This document shows, piece by piece, positions 50,682-62,300 of a DNA stretch of 64,000 nucleotides. The stretch's first letter is position 1. Every line of letters begins with the position of its first letter. The position numbers were made by a program, and so were the translations under genes. Under the pieces are notes generated by a model. The model searched no databases. It saw only the letters and a program-made list of their open reading frames with translations, and was not told where the DNA came from. The DNA is from Pelomyxa schiedti (taxonomy: Eukaryota; Protista; Evosea): contig JAHLWZ010000206.1 in NCBI GenBank assembly GCA_020536535.1, forward strand, positions 1-64,000, read 5' to 3'.

Positions 50682-53600
50682 CCGGGGGACGTGCCTTCCG
50701 TCTTGGACGAGCGCAGCGAGCTCGTTCGGATTCTGCGCCGTGCGTACTGGGGGGTACTGAGCGACGAAACTAGACTGGAGCGCACGCTCAAGGCGCACGA
50801 AACTCAGCGTGTTTGGTTATATAAGACGGCCCTCGCAGTATATCCTGCTACGGTAACTGCGAAAGTGGCGAGGGCAAGGGAGCTCGTAGGGGAGAACACA
50901 GACCCTGTTCTCAGCAACTTTTTCAACGACGATAAACTCATCCTTAAAAACTTATGGGCGGAAGATTCACAGTACTACCTGCACCCAGATCGAACCCCCA
51001 TAATTCAAGTAATACTTGCCTTGATGCACTTAATCCAAGTGTGTTGAATCCTTAAATTCGAGTTTCCTATTTATCTCTTCTTGTTCAGGAATATTCTGTG
51101 CCATCAGAGGTTCGAAACAAATCACAGAGTCCAACTGGCTATCAAGAGCAACGACCAAAGTACTTTATACCCAAGAATGAGAAAAAGACAATCCAGACTG
51201 CCACATGGAAGCATTTTGTATGTGCCGAAGGAGAGCACCCCCTGGGCCAAGCTAATCCTATGGCGGACCCTGGAAGTTTTATTCTGCCGGATATAGAGCA
51301 ACTTGTTGCTGAGATGTCACGCCCACCTATCCCTAAGATCATCCATGGCGTGTGGGGGAAAGATGCACAGTTGAACTCTGTGCAAGAAGTTGCAGAAAAA
51401 TCCAATGCTTGCTATTTCACAATTAAATTTGACACATTAGTAAAACATCTGACAGGCAAGTCGTGGAACTTTCTTACCTAAATAACTGCGTTATAGATGA
51501 ATCACGTCTGAAGCTTTTTAACAAGAAGAAAAGTAAAGCTGCAAACAAATCATCCAAGGAAAAGTTCCTTTTGCACGTAACTGGCGTGAAGGTTAGTTAT
51601 TGCCTACCGTTTTTTATTTGAGTTAGTCTCATCCAATATAAGTACTCTCCAAACTTATCCAAAGTGTGGCAGTAAGTTTTTTGTTTCCTTGTTGTCACCA
51701 CTATTTATTCTTTACTTTTTTTCACCTTCTGCCAGGTTCCTAAGGGACAGAACAGACGATGTCACAGTCTTTGTTTCTGGCCTAGATCCATCTGTACTTA
51801 GACACTGTGGTGATCTCCAGTGCCACCGGCCCGTTTTGGTCAGTTATCGTCTAATTTCTTATGGCGTCAAGACAGTTGACAGGGCCGCAAATCCTTACAG
51901 TTTCATTTTTACAATAGTTCGGCCTTTTTCCCTTTCTTGGAGTTCATCTAATGCACTGTAGTATATATGAAGATTGTGTTAAAGGGCAGTTTACTTGTAT
52001 TGAAGATTATGTAAAAAAGGCCCAGCTGGTGCTTCAGAAGAAGTAACCAATTTCTTTTTACATACACACTGTATATTTTACCTCTTAAATATTTGGGCAG
52101 GTTGAAGGCAAGGTCTTTTTCCTCGCAACTCAGCAAGTTCCTTGCAAACTGGAGAAAGATACTTTTTTCCCCACGGAGACAAAAAATGGTTTGTATTGAG
52201 TATGGAGTTTTGAAAATCAGAGTACCAAATACGACATCTGGTTTGTGTTGTGCCTCTTGCAATAGTCTGATTTATAACACCAGATTACAACAAAATCATG
52301 AAGAACGCTTCCGAACTAAACTGTTTGGGAATAATGAAAGTCGTGCCACTGGAGTCGGTGGTTGAAGTGACTCCTCCCTATCCATGGCTTCAGAGGCAGA
52401 TCAATCGTGATGATCTTCAGTACATGGTGCCAGAATTTCTATCAGTATGCGGGATGAAGCCTGCTACATGGGGCTTCACCTTTGAAGAAACCATTCTGAT
52501 TGAGCTCACAAAACCTTGCTCGGTGCTCCTAATACAAATATTTGGTGGTCAGCTCTTCCAGGTATGGGGGTTTTTGCACAAAGAATATCTGTCAACCAAC
52601 AATTTAGATATGCAGCAGTATTGGCTTCCTTTTGTGACTCTGGATGATGCGTCAATAGACAAATTAGCTGGGTTAAGGGTACTTAGGTGGTGCAAAGATG
52701 GGGTGGCAAGGGAAACACACAAATTAGATCTACGTTTTCTAGCAATTCGTATGGCAGGTAAATAGTTTCAAAACTTCAAACGCGAAAACTTACTATTCTT
52801 GCATCCACAGGAGCGCCAGCACACCTACCACTGTATATACCAGGTGTGCTGTTCTTCATAGTGTTAAAGAACTAAAACTTACTCACTTGTAGTTGACATT
52901 CAAGTTGCGGACATGTTTGAAGCACTTGGGTCCAACGGCCTTGTTGCAAAGGTTGAGGTGATAAAGGGTGGCGTTTGCAGTGTTTGTCAGCAACTGTGCT
53001 TGTGTTGTGCTGCGCCATTTGGCTGGGGGTTCCTTGTGAACCATCATCAGGAACTTTCCACAAGATCTAGATCGGGTACGATGAATGGCCACAGCATTGC
53101 CACGCCTCATGCGGCGCCTGCTTTGAATCTCAAAAATACTGTGGCTGAGCCACTGAAGTGCGCTTTTAGTTTCGTGCCTTGCGGCAACTCCACTCTCAAG
53201 GCATTCCTTTTTGACAACAAAAATTTGCATGGGTGGCTCATATCTCTTGCACAAACAGTTCGCAAGGAACCCCCAGCCAAATGGCGCAGCACAACACAAG
53301 CACAGAAGTGTAACAATTGCTAGCACAAGTTGAGTACCCCTGGATGCTCTTGGATAGGAGGGCATGGCCCACAAGGTTTTGGTGTAAGTTGTGCCCTGCA
53401 GAAATTCCTCCAAAGGGGTGGCGTTTGCAGTGTTTGTCAGGAGCATCCAGGGGTACTCAACTTGTGCTAGCAATTGTTACACTTCTGGAGGTTTTCCTTA
53501 CCCTTCTCCTCAAGTATATTTATACCTCGCAGAATGGAGAGATAGATCCCAAACCGACTATATCTCCAAATGTTTACCAACCTGGCTTGTTTCTTCCAAA

Positions 53601-55429
53601 GATAATAACCAAAGACTTTGATCTGCAGTTCAAAAATATAGTTGATCTAGGGTCATGGGTTGTACCACAGGTGGAGCCACTGGCGAGGATGGTTACATCC
53701 TCCCATTCATCTGTTTTACACATCGTGATTGCGGAAGAGCCTACTGATGCCGTCAGCCAGGTTGCATCTCACATTGGTGGTACTGTACACACTTTCCGAT
53801 TTTTCTGTTAGGGTGTACTTACTTTTTCCGAAATCTTGAACCATGTTTAGTGGGATGCTTGGTATGTCTCTTTAATCCTACACTGCAGCCTTTGATTGAA
53901 AATTTGAAGGATGACACATTGTCATACATGTGTGTCTTAGACACACTCCGTTACTTTTTTAGAGAAAATATGTTTTTTGGAAAGCAAGTCCAGTATAGAA
54001 AGTTGCAACAGGTTTCTCTGCAATCTCCCTCTTTGTACTGACAACCTGACGTAGGTAGCAGCAGTGTTATGTGGCTACCGCTACTTATCTAGACTGTTCC
54101 TCATGAAGTTCGTAATCTTATTTTCCTACAACTTTAACATAATGTGTAGAATTCACAACGACTACATGAATGGTACATTGCAGTCTATCGACTATTATGT
54201 AGAGTATGCTTATAGAATGATGCAACAGCGGTTGTTCCTCCACCAAAGAGACTTGTTTTACCAACAGTAGATATGATGAAGTGAAGAATACTCTGTGAGG
54301 AGATGCAGACCTTACTTCCGACTTTCTTCCCTTCTGGAGAGAAAAAATTTTCCATCAACCTGTCAAGAATATTATCCTGTGAGATGGATGTGTTCTTATT
54401 GAAATACCAAAAGCAGAGGAAGGTTTCTTTTTTCTTTCTTTGTGTTTTCTTATGTTTTCTTTAGACTATCACCGAGTTTTAAAACACAGTAACTATATGA
54501 ATCTGCTGAAGATAGTGCATGTTATCCCTACCAAGTTAGGGGTCACCATAACAGCTCCATGCCCTTGGGCGACAAAGCTCCTTTTGCCATGTGATCAGGA
54601 ATATTGCATCCCAAACTACCGATTGCTATGTTCAAAGATGGAACTACTAAACAGCCAAGGTGATACTATATTCCCAAAGGTTTTCCAGGATGTGTGCTCA
54701 CCTTGGTCTACCCTGTATGATAGTGTATTGGGGGAATCATATGAATTTGAAGCTATTGGTGAGTCATTTCTCCTTTCTCTCATGAAGTTAACAAGAAAAC
54801 AGAATTGTCAATAAAACAGATATCTATCTGGAGATAACCATTCGTATCAAACAAAAGAGTAACCAAGTCTAATATCCCTTGGTCTTAACTTAACAGTTTT
54901 CTAGAAGTCAGTAATGGGAAGACACTCCATTGTGTGCCTTTTTCCTTAGCCTATGCAATCTCTAATTTTGAATGTATGAATGTACATTTGTGTTAATGCT
55001 CCTTTTTTTCTTTTTTGATTTCTGTGGCATCCAAGGCAGAACTGCAGGTATTTCTCTGTTTTTCTTTTTCGATTTCTCACACTTGAGACCAGGTGCAGCA
55101 ACTTGCTGGCTGCTGAAATGAAAGCCTGTCATCACCAAGGCAAATCCCCCTCTCTCTGCATGCTCACCCCACTAAACCATGACAGGTAAATGTGAAGACT
55201 ATCCCTGCCCTTTTCTGCATTTCCGGCACTTTGTGACCTCCTCTGGTTGGTGGCTTCTCTTCTTTTTTTTTTTGACTTTTTCTCAAGGCTCAAGATATTA
55301 TTTATGTGTAGGCCGACCTGCCTACTCAATCTCTTACCAAGGTACATTCCCTTTTTATTATCACCCCACTCAACAACAACAGGACCCTGTGGGATGCCAG
55401 AAGGGCTGACGAACAGACTGGAATGTTAA
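50682..55429 (+). CDS. Large unknown multi-exon protein with probable C-terminal CCCH zinc finger; start uncertain (possible ATG at 50524)
   Basis: Chain of open exons separated by ~40-46 nt introns. CHHQG|KCEDYPCPFLH forms if a GC-AG intron at 55140-55185 is removed. Hosts the 52960-53487 insertion. Confidence 0.6.
52960..53487. mobile_element. Self-complementary insertion with a 25-bp direct repeat, two abutting inverted repeats and a GAGGT flanking duplication
   Basis: Direct repeat 52966-52990 = 53416-53440. Inverted repeats 52994-53036 / 53263-53305 (43 bp) and 53303-53349 / 53441-53487 (47 bp). GAGGT at 52955-52959 and 53488-53492. The repeats are seen directly; the mobile nature is inferred. 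Confidence 0.5.
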
Positions 55430-55779
55430 GCTTTACCTCCACACACTTCCCTCAGCACTGACACCCCTTGCTCTCTCGTTCTCTTGCTCCTACGCACCCA
55501 CCACTCCACTGGGCTCCTACACTCCACGCTTCCATATTCCAAACCTACACCTCTCCATGACGTGGTCTGGCCTGAAGTTGGTTTCCAACTTCAGGCAAAA
55601 GAAAAAAAATTATTTTCTTTAAAGACCACTCGGTGAACAACCAACTTGGATACGTCGATTGGGGATCAATCACAACATTTTTTTGCGAAACAGATGACTG
55701 AAGACTGAGGTTGATTGTAGATCCCGCACTCCCCAAATTCTCCCTTCGGGGAATCTCCCCAAACAGCACGTCGACTCAT

Positions 55780-56268
55780 ACACCAGGTTACATTGTGAAA
55801 CGGAACTACAAATCAGCTGTCAAGTATCTGCTGAAGGCTGCAAATACAGGCGACTGTAGTGCCCAGTTTGCACTGGCAGAGAACGACTCATCAGGGAAGG
55901 GAGTTGAAAAAGATGAATCAGTGGTGTTCAGTTTGTTGCATTGAGGCACACACCCAGCTTGGAATGATGTACATGACAGGCAACAGTGCCACACCAAAGG
56001 ACACTCCCCAAGCCAGTCAGCCCTTTCAACTTGCCGTTCATAAGGCACACGTGATGCAATGAACCTCCTGCACAGATCAACCACCTCCATGATGCCAGAA
56101 ACCAATCATATATCACTGGGAGAGGTGCATGAGACTGGACATGGAGGGGTGGCAAAGGATGTGAGGGAGGCTGTGAGGTGCCACAGGCCTGTGTCATCAA
56201 CCAGTCACATGAGGAAAGTGGTGTTAGATAAACTCAAAGGGTATGTCAAGAGCCAGAAGATGTGGTAA
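55780..56268 (+). pseudogene. Degenerate Sel1-repeat pseudogene
   Basis: KRNYKSAVKYLLKAANTGDCSAQFALAE..GKGVEKD, then frameshifted AHTQLGMMYMTG and SLGEVHETGHGGVAKDVREA with stops. Confidence 0.8.
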
Positions 56269-56391
56269 CAATCTCTATTTTCACAGACCTTGTAAATCAG
56301 GGTTGGCTGGGCAAAAAAAAAAAAAAACTTATTTGAAAAGCTACACAAAATTACTGTGTAGAATTCACATTACAAACAAGAGTTGTTCTAG

Positions 56392-59037
56392 TCAAAATCG
56401 CCTTGGTGACGGGGTCTTTTTTACTTTGGAGGGTGTGGTAGTCGATGTAGTTGCACAGGGGCCAGAGTGTTCAGTCACACTCTTTTCAAGTTTGTGTAGG
56501 GCAGATATTCTTTTTGGGAGTTGGTCATGGTCGGCATTTTTGTGTGGAGTTACAGACAGTAATTCCTGGGGTGAGAGTTACATTAATAGTTAGTCAGTTT
56601 TGATTCACCTCAAGAGTGGGTACTAGCTCTGAAAGTACACAGAGGGGTTTGTGTAAAACTTGTGTGATACTCTTTTTCTCTGCGGCTTCCAACTCCTGGT
56701 AAAGATGAAAAGGGATGGGGATGCTGTCATTATACCAAAACCCAGTAAGCAAATCCCGGATTTTTGTTTGCTTCTTCAATTGCCGCATTGGCTTCAGTCT
56801 GGTGCTGCACATAGGACTTGAATACAGTTTCTAACTCCGCCAAATTCAATATCTCACAAGCGGTGTCACTCCAAAGAAGTGGTTGGGCGAGGCGATTTTC
56901 AAGACCAGCAGCAACACTGTACAACTGGTAAAACCAAAGTGCAGAGGGAAAACCTACCTGCTATAGTGGGAAAAGAGTTGCTGTGTAGCATCAAGTAAAC
57001 CTTGCATTGAAGATTTGCTCAAACTACTTGCTGGATTTTCAGTTGATTTGAGAAGGGGTGTGACAATTGCCTGTTAGACAAGGAAAACCGTAAGTCGCCG
57101 ATGGGGAAAAAAGGTGTACATTTAGAATATGTTCAGTTTGTTCAGCCAGTTGTTTTGATGTGTTTTTAAGACCAGTGAGAATATCCAAGCGTCTTTTTAC
57201 AAAATCAGTATGAGTCCTTCTGTCAGAGGAACCCTCAGCATTATCCTTGCATTCAAAAGGAATGTTAGTAGGGAATATGGCACTGTTGGGTGCACTTCTG
57301 TTGTGAGGAGCTTATTATTGGAATATTGGACCCCTTCACGAAGTAGATCTTTCCACTTGACTGCATCCTCATCTGTCTTCAATTTAAGAGTCAACGATGT
57401 ATCAGGACTTGCAAGAAGAATTTGGTTGGTCTGTTTGTATTGTTAATGAGGATATATTAGATTGGTGTGAACCTTTCCAGTTACATCATGAACAGTACAT
57501 ATCTCCAGTAGCATTTGACCTTTAAAAACATACTTCTCCGGAGTGACAGTGGTTCTTTTTGCCACGATGAGAATGTCATTGAAGAGAAAAGCTGTCCTCT
57601 TATTTCCATTGACAGAAAGATCAGTGGAGGATGTAAACCTAAAGCCTCAATTAGCATTAAGCAAAATGTTATGTTTTTTGTAGGATTTCAATACCTTCTT
57701 GATGGGTCTGAGTTAAGGGCAGTTTTCAGATCTGGTATTTTACTCTGCACCTGGATGATTTCGGCCATTGCTTCAGCTTCCTCTTTTTTTTTATTGAGTG
57801 TAGTCATTGTACTTGTGGTGAACTCAAGGGCTTCCTTCAAGAAAGGTTTGTCTGGGTGTTCTTGTTGTTTTCTATTAGCAAACAAATGGATTTTAGTGAG
57901 GAGACACCTGTAGGAGTGGACTCGTCAAGTTGCTTGAGGAGCAGGATATCTATGACTGAGTCAAAACACAATATGCATAGAGATCCACACACAACGAGGT
58001 ATGCGTTGGATTGGAACAATCAACAAAGAGAACATATCAAGTCCACAAAATAGACTTGAGAATTCTGTTTTCTGTGAAGCCAAAAGGGGGGCAATGTAAA
58101 TGAAAGGCCTTTGGGGTTAGAGGGACTCACAGAAAGAAGTTTGAAGAATGCAGAATTCTTCTCTCGACAAGAGAGAAGGGTGTTAACAGAGGTGACATAT
58201 TTGTTGAAGTAGTGACTGTAGAGTATCAGAAACCTAACTTCATTGACGAAAATATCACCAATGGCGGCGTTACAGCTCCAGGAGCCCATACGTTTTCGCA
58301 TTGAATTGTACAATCTACAGGAATGTTAGTTCCAAAATGAAAGCTATTTTAGAGACTTTGTATGAGCTTGACTGAGAAATGTTATTACTGAGAAAATATT
58401 ATCAATTTCCTCGCTTGAAAGCAGGTTTTGCTGAGTTACTGTGTCTTTAAACTTAACCAAAATACATTAAAATCTCAACAGTCAAGAGTGCAAGAATTTA
58501 CAGTATTCAGAGCATTTAGTTGATCCAGATATGAGTGTTCAGTGGAACCAAGCTCTGAAATGATATTTCTTCTCCGTCCCATCATCTCCGCCAACCCTGT
58601 TCTATCGGAAAGGCTTGCTGCCCAGCCTCCAATGCCATCAAGTTCCTCTTAGATACTTTGTGGGTTTTTGCCAGACTGCAACACAAAAGTACCTTCAGGA
58701 GTCATTTTTGCTGATAAAGCCAAGTACTCTGTAGGAATAGTTCTAGGGGCACTAGAGGAGTGTGTAAAAAATCTGGACTTGTTGTCAGCTTCGTTTGTCG
58801 CCACGAGAGTTTTTGCTCGCTCTCTGGATGACTGGGGTGTCAAAAAAGTGGATGACGACAGTGGACTCTCCGCACTACCTGGGGGACTGGGAATGGAAAA
58901 AAGCGTGTTAGCAAACACTCACATCATGTAGTGGGGGAAAAAAAAAAGCACAAGAATTCCCCATACCGAGGAGAAGACGGGGGTGATGGTGTAGATTTCG
59001 AAGGTAAGACTATAGTGGGAACTGGAGGTGTCGCCAT
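56392..59037 (-). CDS. Dbl-family RhoGEF (DH-PH plus C-terminal region)
   Basis: RRRNIISELGSTEHSYLDQL, IDNIFS, IGDIFVNEVRFLILYSHY, LLLKQL, HPDKPFLKEAL, PH-like TLKLKTDEDAVKWKDLL. Start MATPPVP at 59037. Confidence 0.85.
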
Positions 59038-59399
59038 TCCGGAATCCCCGTCTCGTGCAGTGGGTGTGTGTCGTGCTGGTTTGTTTTGTTGTTATGGTTT
59101 TGACAGGTTGTTTGTCCCTCTGTACAACAACGCGCCCCGGAAATATGTCTCCTTCGACGTGCTTTCACCGCTTTTTAGTTTCGACTGAAATCCACGCCGT
59201 TTCCTATTTAGTGGAAGCTGCACCGGACATCAAATCCCCGTAGTTCTCCCCGCTTCGGGCCCTTAACGATCGACCTCAATGGAACCACCAAGGCTCCTCA
59301 GCGACAACAGGCAACCCCATCACCCCTGGTGGGCCCCAGTGTCGATCACAGAGGGGAACCTGTAGTTTGCCATTTTCCGTAGAATCGGGAACTGAAGGG

Positions 59400-62300
59400 A
59401 TGGCATCATCACCAGCAGCGCGCAGCGTGGAAGTGAAGGTGGGAGAGGATCCCCTGTCGGCCAAACCCACGACCCCAGCGCCCTCGCCCGCCCCCCTGCG
59501 CCCCTCCCCTGTCTCCTCTGCCTCGTCCTCGCCCGCCTCCTCCTCGTCCACCACCACCACCACCACCACCACCTCCCGACCCCCTCCGCCGCCGCCGACG
59601 CAGCAAAAACAGCATCAGCAGCAGTTGCAGCTGCAGCCGTGTCCCTCGCCCCTCGGCCCAGCGGCCTCTCCGTCTCCCCCATCCCCCGGCAGCCCGTCGC
59701 CGCTAGTGACTTTGGGCAGCAAGCCCACGTGCCCGCCTCCCCTCCTGCCGTCTTCACCCTCCTCCTCCTCCTCCTCATCATCATCATCATCATCATCCAC
59801 TGGTAGTAGTAGCGGGGGAATTGGTGTTGTTGGCCAGCAGGTGACCACCCACCCACTCGCTCCCCCTGCTGTTGTTTCCACTGTGGCGGCTGCGCTCACC
59901 CCCGCTCACCCGCGGTCTCCTGCTCCGGTTCCTCCGTTACACTCACAGTCACAGTTACAGTCACAACCACTGACACAGAAAGAGACACGGTCACCGTCGC
60001 CATCGCCATCACCCTCGCATGTGGGCATCGGTTCGACTCATCGAAAGGCGGCTGAGGCTTCTGCCATTGAGGCACTCCCACAAGTTCCTAATAATGCAGT
60101 TGGGCCTCCGGAATCACAGAGTTCCGCGAGTGTTGGGGCTCTGAATGTCACTACAAATGAAACTGGCACAAGCAATGGAACTATGAATGGAACTGGAAGT
60201 AGCAATGAGCAACAAGGGGAGATCAGGACAGTTGTCACGCACTTTAATGCAAAAAAAACAATACAACATACTCATCATTCAATTGTGGAGAGTGTGCAAG
60301 GAGACTATGTATGTAGTTGGCCTTTTACTTTTGTTGTGCTTCCACATGTCCACTCGAACTCGAATTTCCAAGAATATGTAACTCAAACAAAAAAGTATAT
60401 AGTATCAAGTCTGGGCACTCGCAGTGACACGCAAATCATTCAAATTGAATCAACTACTGGCTCTTTGATGTTGAAACCTCTTGCTTTATGCCACCCTTAA
60501 TCCCCCAAATTTTCAGATTTCACAAGCAACCACAGCTTGACATTTTCAGTTCACATGAAGCTGCCATGGATTTTCTTTCCGTCACAAAACAAATTCCTAT
60601 CAAAAATATTATGTATATTCACCCTCAGTCTATAAGTATTTCACAAACATAAAGGGAAGTTCGAGCTATAGTGGGATATTGTGTTATTGCCTCTACAGGG
60701 TTTTTGCTTGTAGTACTGAAGGTATCGCCTCTAATTTTCTCAGGTATTACTAATACTTATTTTCAAATAGGCAAATCCAGTTGTTACTCTCTTTGGTAAA
60801 CATACTATCAATGTGATAACTGAGTCTCAGTGGATAAAGATACCACTGTCACACATGCAAAACTCAAGGTTTGGTCTGTTGCATATTACATACTTTCTTT
60901 TCCTTAAACAGATATTTATTTTGGGGAATAAAGTAAGTTAGAACAGAAAAATGCTGAACTGCTTATGGGCTTCCCTGTTGATGAGTTTCATTTTTTCTGT
61001 GACTCATTTGATATCTCCTATCCATTTCCTTCATCACGACTTATCTCAGAGTATAGCCTGTCATGCAATCATGCCTTAATTACATGTTTTTTCAAGACCC
61101 AGAAGTGAAATGTGCTGGAACGAGTGGTTATCTGCACCATTTGGGAGTCTGGGAATGAGAGATTGGTGTGTGGTCCTAATGCAAGGTGTAGTTTGCACAA
61201 AAACAATCCCAGAAGTAGCTTGTACGTAAATGACTTTGTGTATTGCCTTTCAATGATCTAACACAGGCAAACTTTGTTTAATCACACGGAAGAGTTCTTT
61301 GCACCCCGGCACAAGATTTTTTGCTAGAGGAATTAATGAGAAAGGAGGTAAAAAATACAGTCATATCAAGATTGAAGGACCAACTGCCTGCAAGGTCCTG
61401 GTAATGAGATGGAGACAGAGCTCATAATGTGGACTGAAATTGACCAAGTATACTGTCACTTTTAGCTCCTCTAATATTTGTGTCAGAAAATGCAATGGTC
61501 ATCATTTGTTTGGAGACGTGGAACAGTGCCACTCTGGTGGAATCAGAATGCAAAGGGGGTATGTAGGTTTTAAAACCTCTGAAAGTCTCACTCTTGTAGG
61601 TGGGGGAAGCTGAAATTGTTGTCAAGTGTGATCAACCATATGAAGGCACGGAACTGTACTTCACCAGTCTTTTTTCCCAATATGGACACCCAATATATGC
61701 TATTAATCTGTTGAGAGCCGCTTTCTTCCGGGAAGAAACTATGCTTTCTGAGGTGCGGTGCTCTTTGACATCTTTTCCCCCCTCAACTGATTGCTGATAT
61801 TCTGCAGCATTACCAACAAGCTATGAAACATGCCAAAAACTTTCTTAATGCTGAAATAAACATGATAAATTATGACTGGCATAACAACATGAAATCGCTT
61901 GGACTTGACAATACAATTGCAGGATTCTGGGGGATCCTTAAGAATTGCCTCTCTAGGCTTGATCTCTCAGAAGGATCCCTATCTGTGTATATAACTGTAA
62001 TAAAAACAAGTTTACTAAGGCAAAAAATAGAACAGTTAAAGTGACTGAAAGCGGGAAGCTGGGAGTGGAGACAACAACTTATGAAACTCTATCAACTCAG
62101 AAAGGAGTATTGAGATTCAACTGTGCAGATTCCTTAGATAGAACTAATCTGGCAACATTCTGTATGATCTAATATTTAAGCGCCAAAGGTCACTCTTCCT
62201 CACTGGAGTAAACAGTTACAACATTGCAAGTTGTGGCAGAAATGGCACGACTTCTCTCCCTTGATATCAAGCCAGGTGACAAGAAATGCATTGGTTAGAA

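Noticed and set aside
51915-51970. TCGGCCTTTT...TGTAGTA resembling the U2 snRNA 5' end
   Set aside because: Spacing is wrong, stem I is absent, and it coincides with an ordinary short intron.
53030-53066. CTGATGA and GAAA on the minus strand of the insertion, as a possible hammerhead ribozyme or retrozyme
   Set aside because: GAAA lies only 4 nt upstream of CUGAUGA and none follows the downstream hairpin, so stems I and III cannot form.
52966-53487. 25-nt repeat plus ~45-nt 'spacers' as a CRISPR-like array
   Set aside because: Only two repeat copies 450 nt apart, no cas genes, eukaryotic context, and the 'spacers' are local inverted copies.
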